The notes beneath the pieces are model-generated. The model had not been told where the DNA came from, made no database searches, and worked only from the letters and a program-made list of their open reading frames with translations. 64,000 nucleotides of DNA from an uncultured virus (IMG/VR IMGVR_UViG_3300031278_000001) (Duplodnaviria > Heunggongvirae > Uroviricota > Caudoviricetes): the IMG/VR virus record IMGVR_UViG_3300031278_000001; one strand, given 5' to 3'. Numbering within the stretch: the first letter of the stretch is position 1; each line of letters opens with the position of its first letter. Shown here one piece after another: positions 19,017-28,669 of this stretch. The position numbers and the translations under genes were made by a program.

Positions 19017-20813
19017 CTAAAGATTGTTATATAATTCTTCAGCCTCTTCTTGAGTTAATTTCTTGTTCTTTCTTTTTTCATATTCTTCAATTTCTCCTAC
19101 TTTCTTATAATGATCTGTAACAGAAGATCCTTTCTTCCTTTTTATTGTCCAAGACATATTTTTACCAGACTCTTCTTTTAATCCACTACCTCTGTCTGGT
19201 AACTCTTCAACTGTCTCCACCTTATCATCTGGATGTAACCTTTTATGACGTTCCAATCTATCTTTATCCGTAAATGGACGTCCCCTTCCTCGTTCCACAT
19301 TACGAGATGGCAATCCACTACCCCTGTCTGGTAACTCTTCCACTTTTTCTGCCTCATCTTTAGGATGAACTCTCTTATGTCTTTCCAATCTCTCAGCATC
19401 GGTCAATGGTTTTCCCCTTCCTCGATCCACCCTCGAAGATTCAGAAATATATCTACCACCTAAATCTTTATATATCTGATTCACTAGCACCCAATACCTT
19501 TCGCTAGATATTCTGGTATTAGCTTCATTGTATATTTCATCAGCTTTCTCTTTCGCCCTTGCTCGGATATCCTTATCCATCACCTTCTCCTCCTGATCAT
19601 CCAGAGAAGATATTATTTCTTCACCTTCCTGCTCTTTATATAACGCATCAAGAAAATCCATTTCTGTATAAGGAATATCAGGATAATTCACAGCTTTCTT
19701 TTTACTGCCTTCTAGTTCATCCCAGTTACCTTCCTGCTCTTTATCCTCTTTTCTCACTAAATTCCACACTTCTGAATCTATTATTTGATAAGCATAAGCA
19801 CAAGCTATCGCATCATAACCTGTTGCACCTAAAGTATCAAAATGAGAAGTATCACCCTCCCAATCCGTTACTATTAAATGACAATCATTATAATCTCCTA
19901 CATAAGGATCAATAAATTCAGATAATAAATCTAAAGCATCTTCCATATTATCATATATTCCATCTACTACATCACTTTTCAATTCATTATATATTTCTTG
20001 TGCTATATCATAAGGATCAGTCGATCTTTTAGTATAAAGACCTGATTCTTTAACCTTTTTCTCTACTACTCTTTTAGAAGATTCTATTCCAGGACCTTCT
20101 TCACCTCTTTCCGCTTTATCTATCTCATCCACTATCCTATCTTGTTCCTCTTCCCATTCATCTTTAACAGATTCTAAAGCAGAATAAGTTTCTTGTTCTA
20201 TAATCTGATAAGCATATGACTGAGCTATTTCATCATAACCTGTTGCACCCAAATCTTCCAAATTAGAAGTACTCCCCCCCCACCTTCTTATAATCTCATG
20301 ACAGTCAGAATAATAAGTAACATAAGGTTCAATCCACTCACTTAATCGATCTAATTTTTCTTCTAACAGAGATATTCTTTCATTATATATATCCATTGGA
20401 TCTACTTCTTCATCATGCTTAAAATATTCTGCCACATCTGGTTCCACTTCTTCTCTTAATTCATCGGCTATATATTTTGCTATTAAATAAGGATCAGTAT
20501 CATTATCTGCTTCTTTTTTCATCTCAGATACAAAAAGTTTACTTCTATCAGCTTCTTTCTCAAAACTATCATATTTCTTTAATATAGTAGCACCACCTTT
20601 ACGTTTCTTAATAGCACCACATATTTTTTCAGCTCTTTCTTGAGAATAATTTCCAACATTCATTTGATAATTCACACAACCACAAAATTTATTTGGGCCA
20701 CCACCATCCGGACACTTCTGAGATTTAAAAGTATCATCTTCATTTTGATACCTTTTATCTACATTCGCAATTTTTTTATTTAATTTCACTCTATTCCTAA
20801 TTTTTCTAGACAT
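19017..20813 (-). CDS. Modular protein with two Ocr-like acidic domains and two RGRG..TD..RLERH..ELPDRGSGL repeats
   Basis: Internal duplications visible in the translation; K-rich linkers. Confidence 0.7.
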   Translation of the reverse strand: MSRKIRNRVKLNKKIANVDKRYQNEDDTFKSQKCPDGGGPNKFCGCVNYQMNVGNYSQERAEKICGAIKKRKGGATILKKYDSFEKEADRSKLFVSEMKKEADNDTDPYLIAKYIADELREEVEPDVAEYFKHDEEVDPMDIYNERISLLEEKLDRLSEWIEPYVTYYSDCHEIIRRWGGSTSNLEDLGATGYDEIAQSYAYQIIEQETYSALESVKDEWEEEQDRIVDEIDKAERGEEGPGIESSKRVVEKKVKESGLYTKRSTDPYDIAQEIYNELKSDVVDGIYDNMEDALDLLSEFIDPYVGDYNDCHLIVTDWEGDTSHFDTLGATGYDAIACAYAYQIIDSEVWNLVRKEDKEQEGNWDELEGSKKKAVNYPDIPYTEMDFLDALYKEQEGEEIISSLDDQEEKVMDKDIRARAKEKADEIYNEANTRISSERYWVLVNQIYKDLGGRYISESSRVDRGRGKPLTDAERLERHKRVHPKDEAEKVEELPDRGSGLPSRNVERGRGRPFTDKDRLERHKRLHPDDKVETVEELPDRGSGLKEESGKNMSWTIKRKKGSSVTDHYKKVGEIEEYEKRKNKKLTQEEAEELYNNL

Positions 20814-20825
20814 TATACCTCCAAT

Positions 20826-21323
20826 TTAATCCCATATAATTTTTAGAATATTATTATCAACGACGTCCATCTCCATAGCACCCAACTGACTTAAAATATC
20901 ATAACTTCCTTCTATTTCATGTAAATCTCTTTCTACCCCCTCAAAATCAACATAAACACAAACACCCCCGCATCTACCAGTCTGAACTTTGACTGTCATA
21001 CATCCAAGAGCATCTCCTATAGGATCTAATTGATCCAACACTGAAGGTGTAAAAGTATTATATCCTCTCCAAAAACCTAAAGCAGATTCAAAATCCACCT
21101 CAGCTTCTTCAATAAGCAGCCATTTATCAGCTCTCCAATTAAGATCTCTCAATGTCATTGCAACTTCCATAATAGCTTTATCAAAAGGAGGTACATATAA
21201 TTCTCTAATTCTTTCCCTACTATCAACAAAATTAGTTATATACATCTCAAAATAAGCTCTTTCTATAGGAGAAGCTTTCCCATATATATCTTGTACTTGA
21301 TATGCCAATTCATTTAATTTCAT
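20826..21323 (-). CDS. Acidic hypothetical protein
   Basis: ORF with RBS. Confidence 0.55.
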   Translation of the reverse strand: MKLNELAYQVQDIYGKASPIERAYFEMYITNFVDSRERIRELYVPPFDKAIMEVAMTLRDLNWRADKWLLIEEAEVDFESALGFWRGYNTFTPSVLDQLDPIGDALGCMTVKVQTGRCGGVCVYVDFEGVERDLHEIEGSYDILSQLGAMEMDVVDNNILKIIWD

Positions 21324-21340
21324 TATACCCCCAAATTACA

Positions 21341-21480
21341 TGGAGTGGTTGGGAATCGAACCCAAGTTCTTGAGATAAAGAGCAGGAAGACCTACACTCC
21401 CTGACCGTTTTGTTAAAGCGGTTCCGTGAACACCGCTATAGGCTTTAGTTGTTCCATCCCAGTCAAAACCTTTCCACCCC
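21341..21480 (-). ncRNA. ssrA: Miniature tmRNA (140 nt)
   Basis: 5' GGGGTGGAAAGGTTTTGAC; acceptor GGGGTGG/CCACTCC-A with G3:U70; T-arm TTGGG-TTCGATT-CCCAA; P2 TGGGATGGA/TTTATCTCA. Confidence 0.8.
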
Positions 21481-21652
21481 AATTATTTTTTTCTATCCTT
21501 TATATTTACCATTAAAATAACTATAATAACAAAAATTCCAACAACACATGCAATAAAATCTGATAATGAATCAATCATATATTATATTCCTCACACCATT
21601 TACTGAATTATATTTTTATAAGAAAAGTAACTATCGACAGTAAAAAAGTACT

Positions 21653-22447
21653 TCAAATATGATGTCTCTTCCCACTAAAAAATTTAAACATATCCCGTCT
21701 GAGCTTGCATAACTTACTAATATCACCATCCCAATCTTTAGGATAAAAAACTATACCCTCTGCTGCCATTCCCTCAAAACCGATAGTCTTATTAACTCCC
21801 TGTGCTGTTCCACCAAAATCTACTTTCTTGGATCTCTTACGTTTACACAAACTCCATAACCCTTCAAACGCTTCTTTGACTATCGTATATTTCTCTGCCG
21901 ATGTCTTATCTTTACACAGTGGAACAATATCTTTATTCCAAAACTTATATTCATAATGCTTTTTCAAATATATAAATGGCATCCACAGATATCTATCCAA
22001 TTTATAGGGATTGCCATTCACCTTTGGGCCAATAAGCTCACCAAAATATTGTCCATTTTCCAAATCATTTAATTTTAGGTACTCTCTTTCAATAGATTTC
22101 TGTATTCCTTCAACAAACCGAAAACCACCTTTGCTCCAAAAAGGAATAGCATTTGTCCGGTTAAACATTCGGACAATATCATGATCTTCAATTACTATCG
22201 ATACACAGCTTCCATCCAATTTCTCCACTGCCACAACATTGTCTGTAAAGATCCACTCAAACCCGGGAGTTATTTCCGATGTCACCACATAATGATCTTC
22301 TTCATCTAATTGTCTTACAAACGGACTGCTTAATTTTGGCATGTCATGTATTTTTATTGGTTCCTTTTCTTCTTCTAACGGTTCAGTATGACATATATCA
22401 TCTATACAGGTTTCTACCGTATCCATTGCTTTATCTTCCTCACACAT
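21653..22447 (-). CDS. ATP-dependent RNA ligase-like protein
   Basis: Motif I EKLDGS, GELIGPKVNGNP, EGIVF, CKLRRDMF. Confidence 0.8.
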   Translation of the reverse strand: MCEEDKAMDTVETCIDDICHTEPLEEEKEPIKIHDMPKLSSPFVRQLDEEDHYVVTSEITPGFEWIFTDNVVAVEKLDGSCVSIVIEDHDIVRMFNRTNAIPFWSKGGFRFVEGIQKSIEREYLKLNDLENGQYFGELIGPKVNGNPYKLDRYLWMPFIYLKKHYEYKFWNKDIVPLCKDKTSAEKYTIVKEAFEGLWSLCKRKRSKKVDFGGTAQGVNKTIGFEGMAAEGIVFYPKDWDGDISKLCKLRRDMFKFFSGKRHHI

Positions 22448-22488
22448 TTTTATCTTCCTCCTTTTTCTTTATAATAATCTTTCATCTC

Positions 22489-23103
22489 TTATCCAACACC
22501 TTCCGCAAAATCTATAGCCATTTGTTTCGCATCATCCAATGTCTTAGCCTCCCACTCACCTTTACCCCATTTAGAAGGGAAATCCAAAAATGCCTCACCA
22601 ATATTTCCTCTTATTTTTTCATTAGGAGTGTTTTCACCAAACACCCATGAAACTCTTACTCCATCATCAACAAACTCACCTTTAATTTCTCTATGGTCTT
22701 TATCTTTCCAAAAGAGAAGACAAGAATCCAGAAAATCATCTTCATTTTTAGAACCATACCCAGCATCACCTTTTTTAACTTTTGAGCCTATTCCAAAACC
22801 ATAGAGTGCTCGATGTGACCAACCATACCATTTCTCTTGCTGAGGATTATAACCTATGTTGACAGTATGACCACTAATATTTTGTGAATTCTGCAATTGT
22901 TCTGTAATACCCAATCGAAGCAAAAATTTAAACCCATCCTTTTCCATTCCCTCCCGGGTGAAATACGATCCATCAATCTTAGAATAATAACACATCTCCT
23001 TATCATTTGGAATATCACTTGGTTTCTTCTCTGCAACCTCATCAATAAAACTCATTAACATTTTTTGTGTAATTCTTCTTTGTCTAACTTTTTCATCTTT
23101 CAT
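22489..23103 (-). CDS. Phage hypothetical protein
   Basis: KWYGWSHRA.YGFGIG and AKTLDDAKQMAIDFA motifs; GGAGG RBS before ATG 23103. Confidence 0.6.
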   Translation of the reverse strand: MKDEKVRQRRITQKMLMSFIDEVAEKKPSDIPNDKEMCYYSKIDGSYFTREGMEKDGFKFLLRLGITEQLQNSQNISGHTVNIGYNPQQEKWYGWSHRALYGFGIGSKVKKGDAGYGSKNEDDFLDSCLLFWKDKDHREIKGEFVDDGVRVSWVFGENTPNEKIRGNIGEAFLDFPSKWGKGEWEAKTLDDAKQMAIDFAEGVG

Positions 23104-23124
23104 AACTTTACCTCCAATCTTACG

Positions 23125-23181
23125 TATACAATTTGTATGCAATCATATACAATTTGTATGCAATCATATACAATTTGTATA
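23125..23181. repeat. 21-bp tandem repeat, about 2.7 copies, with palindromic core
   Basis: tatacaatttgtatgcaatca at 23125 and 23146, partial copy at 23167. Confidence 0.95.
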
Positions 23182-23183
23182 CA

Positions 23184-24068
23184 TTATTTATCAAACAACG
23201 ACTTTCCCTTAAGATCCTGTTCTAGAATATATTCCTCAGCTTTCTTTTTATTCTCCTTTGATTTATCCAAATCAGAAAAATCATCAACAACAGCATGCGC
23301 CCATTTAATAGTGACAGGTATATACCTTCCATCTTTCTCCATTCTCTCCAGCACCGAATAATGAACATTTTCTTCTATTTCATTGTCCAAAACTTTACCT
23401 GAATTTTCTAACATAATAGAGGCATTAACAGTTTCTTTTTTAGATTCGGTTTTTACCCCTTCTTGTTTGGACATTTCATACTCCTTATTCTCTTTATAAT
23501 CAGACACCCAGGATTCAGCCAACTCAGTATAATCAATCTCATCCATTCCCGCCCTGAGCAATCCTGTAAGTATAGCCGGTAATTCATATTCAGCTGCTAT
23601 ATCTTCAAGCCATTCTTTTATTTCCTCAGCTAATTTATAAACAGGAGCTTTATCTGCTGGCAATATATTATCTTTAACCATATCCATTCCAGAAACTTGC
23701 CCTATCAACTCTTCTATTCTTTCATTCCAATATTCTATATCTCCCGGACTATTATCAACCATAAGAGCAATGTGCCAAGTCTCATAATTCGTCCATCCCT
23801 GATAATCAGATTTCTTTTCTACACTACCCTTCTTCTCGTTGGAAGACTCTTCTATGATATTTATTTTACCTTTATCCTTATAATATTTCTCAGATTCTTC
23901 ATTTCTTTGAAGCCTATCATACGCTTTTAATTCTTCAATAAGATCCTCTCTAGATACATCTTCTTGAAATACATCACCTATCATGTCTTTCGCCATATCT
24001 AAAAGTTCTTCTAAAGACATACCTTCATAATTAACTGCTTCTACTTCAACACTCATATATTCCTCCAT
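23184..24068 (-). CDS. Acidic modular protein with a GWTNYETW domain
   Basis: EKKS|DYQGWTNYETW module; SKKE linker. Confidence 0.65.
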   Translation of the reverse strand: MEEYMSVEVEAVNYEGMSLEELLDMAKDMIGDVFQEDVSREDLIEELKAYDRLQRNEESEKYYKDKGKINIIEESSNEKKGSVEKKSDYQGWTNYETWHIALMVDNSPGDIEYWNERIEELIGQVSGMDMVKDNILPADKAPVYKLAEEIKEWLEDIAAEYELPAILTGLLRAGMDEIDYTELAESWVSDYKENKEYEMSKQEGVKTESKKETVNASIMLENSGKVLDNEIEENVHYSVLERMEKDGRYIPVTIKWAHAVVDDFSDLDKSKENKKKAEEYILEQDLKGKSLFDK

Positions 24069-24080
24069 AAATAATTTTAA

Positions 24081-24248
24081 GAATGTGGGGTGGGTTTCGT
24101 CAAATCAGAAGCTTATCCCTGATTATTACCCACAACCAACTACCCCATGTTTACGTCTTTATAAGTTGGAACCATTCTCTACTATCTGCTTCATAATAAA
24201 CAATGTGCATTAGGCCACGGGATCAGCCTTATTCTGCCACCCACATTC
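24081..24248 (-). ncRNA. tRNA-like RNA with hairpin insertions in the D, anticodon and T loops
   Basis: Terminal stem GAATGTGGG/CCCACATTC; TG-GCAG..TGC D-stem; T-stem GTGGG/CCCAC stacked on the acceptor. Confidence 0.6.
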
Positions 24249-24253
24249 AAATT

Positions 24254-24592
24254 TCATACTTTATTAGTTTCTCCCATTTTAAATTTACGTACATCCCCGG
24301 CCTTAGGAATAGTCAAATTACTCGTCTGTTGTATATACATATTTTTCATTTCTTCATTCAATAACACTGGAATCATTATCATCGCATGTTTATACAAAAA
24401 TATATCTTTATCGGGGAAAGGAATCCACCTGATAGCCATTCTACCTTGTTCATCGGGTGGAAATTTAATAACTTTATATGCTCTTCTTACTTGAATAGTA
24501 TCATCTTTTTCCTTAACAAATTTACCTACGATTGCCAGCCCATTAACTAACTCTACTTGTATTATTTCATCTTTTAACTGATCTAAACTCAT
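24254..24592 (-). CDS. Sm/LSm-like fold protein
   Basis: VELVNG..IVG, RWIPF, YIQQTSNL pattern seen in large phages. Confidence 0.45.
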   Translation of the reverse strand: MSLDQLKDEIIQVELVNGLAIVGKFVKEKDDTIQVRRAYKVIKFPPDEQGRMAIRWIPFPDKDIFLYKHAMIMIPVLLNEEMKNMYIQQTSNLTIPKAGDVRKFKMGETNKV

Positions 24593-24617
24593 TTATACCT
24601 CCAATCTTTATTGTTAT

Positions 24618-24645
24618 AATATAATGCATTTTCTTGTTTTGTCAA
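24618..24645 (-). promoter_or_regulatory. sigma70-type promoter
   Basis: TTGACA-N16-TATATT. Confidence 0.7.
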
Positions 24646-24651
24646 CTATTT

Positions 24652-24912
24652 CTACTTAATACCTTTACAAACAGCATTGTAATACTTTTCACCCTCCTGA
24701 GAATCAACAAGAGGTAAAAGTATTTCCTCTTTATCATCGATTATCAAACGCAAAATACGTTTATCACCAGAAGCCCATAATTCCGCCCTGCCATTCTTTC
24801 CAACATTGCGACCGGTCTTTTGACCCACCTCTTGGATCACACCCTCTTTAGAGTCTAATAAACGGGATTGACCATTATCTAGATCATCAAATGCGGAGTA
24901 TATCTTTCCCAC
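24652..24912 (-). CDS. Hypothetical protein
   Basis: ORF with GGGAG RBS. Confidence 0.5.
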   Translation of the reverse strand: MGKIYSAFDDLDNGQSRLLDSKEGVIQEVGQKTGRNVGKNGRAELWASGDKRILRLIIDDKEEILLPLVDSQEGEKYYNAVCKGIK

Positions 24913-24923
24913 AATATTCTCCC

Positions 24924-25976
24924 TTAAAAATAACTATCATGAATTATATTCTGAAGATTCTCAGCGGCATCCACAGATATACGTAACTTATTTGCAAGAT
25001 CCTCTTCATCCATTTCCACCAATCTTATTATTTCCTCATCAGTAGTATTAAAGTTAGAAACTTCTACCGGATCTTCATCCATATCAGTATATAAATCTTG
25101 TGCTTGTTTTTTAGAAGATTTTCTCACCCATTCTCCATCTTTATAAACAAAAATTCTAGTATGAGTTCCATCTCGGAATGTAACTTCATTGCCTTCTTCA
25201 GCCCTATTTTTTTCAGCAGGTGTAATTTCACTTATTAATTCCTCATCAGTAAATTCAGATACATCCCAAGTTACAGTATGTTCTTCCCCAGCTTCTTTTT
25301 TTGTTCCGGAAACTTTTTTATCTTCTATTGTATCAAGATATTCACTGATAGTCATATAATTAGAACCGGGTTCTATAACTATATCAATAGAATTTTGAAC
25401 TGTGTCATGTGCCAATCCACCACCATCAAATACACCTATATACACCAATTTATTTATAGCCTTAATCATCTCATCTTTATCTAAATTTTCAACCTCCCAT
25501 GTCATTCCATAAACTTCACCATCTAAACCAGCCAATCCCTCAAAAGAAGCAACAGAAGGTTTAAGCTCTGTCATTAAAGATTCTAATTCATTTAATATAG
25601 TATCATAATCCTCTCCATATGATTCCTCTTCTACTGCAATCCCAATACAATAAAGTTCATCATCCGGAAGTTTTGATATAATCTCTTCTTGAGAAGTATA
25701 TGCTAATTTCTTAGAAGATTTTTTATTTACTTTAATCAAATCATTTTTATAAACTCCCTCAGTCACACCAGAATCCCAGTGAACCCAAACCATTTTTTTA
25801 GCAGGATCTGTATAAATTCCATAACCAAGTGCCCCCCCTTCCTGAGCAACAATTATTCCTTCATCTCCTGGTCTCGCATGATAATCAAAAAGAAGAGAGG
25901 CATAAGTCATCTCAACTCTATCCCCTTCTCTAAATGATACAGCTCCTATTAATTCCTTTTTCTTAATTTCACTCAT
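24924..25976 (-). CDS. Acidic modular protein (SH3-like domain plus three modules)
   Basis: Linkers SSKKLA, TKKEA, SSKKQA. Confidence 0.65.
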   Translation of the reverse strand: MSEIKKKELIGAVSFREGDRVEMTYASLLFDYHARPGDEGIIVAQEGGALGYGIYTDPAKKMVWVHWDSGVTEGVYKNDLIKVNKKSSKKLAYTSQEEIISKLPDDELYCIGIAVEEESYGEDYDTILNELESLMTELKPSVASFEGLAGLDGEVYGMTWEVENLDKDEMIKAINKLVYIGVFDGGGLAHDTVQNSIDIVIEPGSNYMTISEYLDTIEDKKVSGTKKEAGEEHTVTWDVSEFTDEELISEITPAEKNRAEEGNEVTFRDGTHTRIFVYKDGEWVRKSSKKQAQDLYTDMDEDPVEVSNFNTTDEEIIRLVEMDEEDLANKLRISVDAAENLQNIIHDSYF

Positions 25977-25991
25977 AATAATTTCACTCCT

Positions 25992-26669
25992 TTACTCACA
26001 ATAATATTTAAAATTTCTAGCCTTTTTGTTGACAATAGATATAGCTTCCTCATCACCATTAACAGCCTTCGCTATTTCATCGGGGGTGCCTATCCAATCC
26101 TGCCAACCTAAATAAATATTAGGATAAACACCACAAGCAGTAATATCGTCAGCTCGTTTTTCTCCCTCTATTTGAGCTTGAACCATTGGTCCAATATCTT
26201 CATCCCCAGGTTCTACACCGATATATTTCAATTTACCTTTGGTTGCCACTTCTATACCCCTCACTATTCCCACCAAATCCTGGGCCGCCTCATAATATTC
26301 TCCACCTTCTTCTATATCCTCCTCAGATAAAGCAGCTCTCACTTTATGACCATAGATGCCCGGAACATATTTCACATCTATCTTAACCGGATAAGGGAGA
26401 TCAATTGGATTTACCTCATTTGAGTCCATAATTTTTTCTTCAAATAATTTATTTACATCATAAGATGTATAATTAGGATTGTTTGAAAATACATCCATTG
26501 CCTCATAGAGTTCCATACCCACCTCAGATACTTTTGCTTCTTCTTCTCCATCATAAGGACGCTCTTCTGGGGCAATAATAAACATAACATCATAATCTAG
26601 ATTACTAGAATTATATAACTGATCAGAATCCACTGTCACAGTTTTAGACATAATACTTACATCTGACAC
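25992..26669 (-). CDS. Acidic two-module protein
   Basis: HKVRA linker; GGAGG RBS. Confidence 0.6.
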   Translation of the reverse strand: MSDVSIMSKTVTVDSDQLYNSSNLDYDVMFIIAPEERPYDGEEEAKVSEVGMELYEAMDVFSNNPNYTSYDVNKLFEEKIMDSNEVNPIDLPYPVKIDVKYVPGIYGHKVRAALSEEDIEEGGEYYEAAQDLVGIVRGIEVATKGKLKYIGVEPGDEDIGPMVQAQIEGEKRADDITACGVYPNIYLGWQDWIGTPDEIAKAVNGDEEAISIVNKKARNFKYYCE

Positions 26670-26788
26670 AAATACCTCCCTTTATTGAATTTTTTAATAT
26701 AAAGATAAAAGGTAGCACTACATTTTATAGTCCACCAGGTTCATTTAATTAATTAATAGGTAGTAAGTAAAAAGTTTAGTTCATTAAT

Positions 26789-27100
26789 TTACAAACGTTC
26801 TATTGTCTTTCCCTCGTTGTTTAACAAATATACTTCTCTTCCACTCTCAATATAAAAATCATGGCGTTCCCCATTATCAAAATCAGCCTCAATTATAATA
26901 TATCTCGTGCCTTTATAATCTTCTGGAAGAGGATCTGGTAATTTACCAGGATCTTTACCCATAATATGTGAATATCTAATATCACCTCGACTTTGACCTT
27001 CTTCTCGGGGATCTATTTTCTTCTCACAATGATTTAACTTCCTAATACCATCCCACCATGTATAACCATTTGAATGATTCTCTTCTACTTTTAATATCAT
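26789..27100 (-). CDS. Hypothetical protein, paralog of 30250..30678
   Basis: MIL.(V/I)E.N and VY(L/I)LN.EGK..L shared. Confidence 0.65.
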   Translation of the reverse strand: MILKVEENHSNGYTWWDGIRKLNHCEKKIDPREEGQSRGDIRYSHIMGKDPGKLPDPLPEDYKGTRYIIIEADFDNGERHDFYIESGREVYLLNNEGKTIERL

Positions 27101-27559
27101 ACTCTACCTCTCTTTCTGTCTTTACTTACTACCTATCTCAATCAAAAAGATCTGATCCTTTGCTCAACTTTTCTACAATAAGAAAATCAAGATCCTTATA
27201 TTTATTAGATTTCTTATCCACCGACACTATTTTTCTACCCAACTTTATTTCTCCAACCATATATTCTAATAATTTAAGAGATTTATTTAAAAGATCTCGG
27301 GTACTATCCACCCCCATTTCTTTTTTTAATCTCTTTATTCTCTCGGGTTATTTATTTTTAAATTTACATCCATAAAATTCCTATATAAATCCTTCACCAA
27401 AAATTAATTCAAAGTCTTCTTGTACTAAAATAATAAGATCATCCGGTTGCGATAATAGATTATATCTGGTCATTATATCAGGATCGTATCCAGTGACTTC
27501 ACAAAAAGCTTGCCAATTACCATAATCATAAACTGTCCGGAGATCAGTTTTTATCACCA

Positions 27560-27994
27560 TTATTCCACATCCAATTTCTCAAACTTTCCATATCCCATAA
27601 CTTTAATTTTATCTATTAAAAGGCAATTGAAAAACATCTCTTGCCATTCTTCTTCTATCTCATCGATTATTTTAATTTTATAAGCCTGATAATCATCATC
27701 CCAATAAACATATCCTCTCTTAGTACCAGTAAGTCCAAGATACTTTATTGTGACCTCAACATCATCTCCCTCATAAATTGGAGTCCCTACACAATCATTC
27801 GTCCACACCAATTCTCCTACTGAATCCTGAGCTACCTCAACAGGTTCAGCATTTTTCATATGATATTCATTCTCTTCTTCCTTCTGTATAATAAAAGGAA
27901 TAATCCCATTGCCGGATGTAATCAGATCTCCATAAATCCATTTTCTTTTAGGATAACTGTGATACTTTATACCTCTAAACTTTCTTTCTCTCAT
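27560..27994 (-). CDS. YopX-family protein
   Basis: MRERKFRG, WIYGDL, G..IYEGD. Confidence 0.75.
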   Translation of the reverse strand: MRERKFRGIKYHSYPKRKWIYGDLITSGNGIIPFIIQKEEENEYHMKNAEPVEVAQDSVGELVWTNDCVGTPIYEGDDVEVTIKYLGLTGTKRGYVYWDDDYQAYKIKIIDEIEEEWQEMFFNCLLIDKIKVMGYGKFEKLDVE

Positions 27995-28669
27995 CTATTA
28001 TATCCTTTGAGTTTTCAATTCTTTCCTGATACAAATTAATATGTTCTGCAATCGGTTCAAAACATAACCACCTTATCCAACTAATCTTTTTCATCTTATC
28101 TCCTTTTTATTTATCTCTCTCTTCATCTTTATAACCCCAACTTCACTTCATATCAACGCCGCCCTGATACTTAAAATATATTATAACATTTTGTATAAAT
28201 GCAACTATAGCAACCAATCCAAAGAAGCATACAAAAATACCACCCAAAACATTTTCTGCAAATAAACTCTTAACTTGGAGACATACAAAAATAAAAAATA
28301 CCAAAAGCATAACATTGCTAAATATGACATCAAATTTATTAACACCCATTTATTCTCCTTTTATTTTTCAAACAATTCAACATCTTTCCAATCCCATATA
28401 GGAACCCAACACCTATCTTTACATGAAATACAAGAGTTAGTTGCCTTAGTTGCCTGGACAGTAACACTAATCCCCACATGTATATCACTAACCCAATAAA
28501 TCTCTCCGGTCTTTATATTCTTTGCCATCATATTCCAATTATCTTTATCTATCTTTTTCATCTCTTACTTTTACTAAGATAACACCCTTAAATACTTCTT
28601 ATAAATCTTATCCTCTCTTCTTCTTTTATTAACTTCTTCAGCATACTTAGGTTTTAATTCCAATACAAC

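Noticed and set aside
23125..23181. Possible CRISPR mini-array
   Set aside because: Units are directly adjacent with no unique spacers, and no cas genes are present
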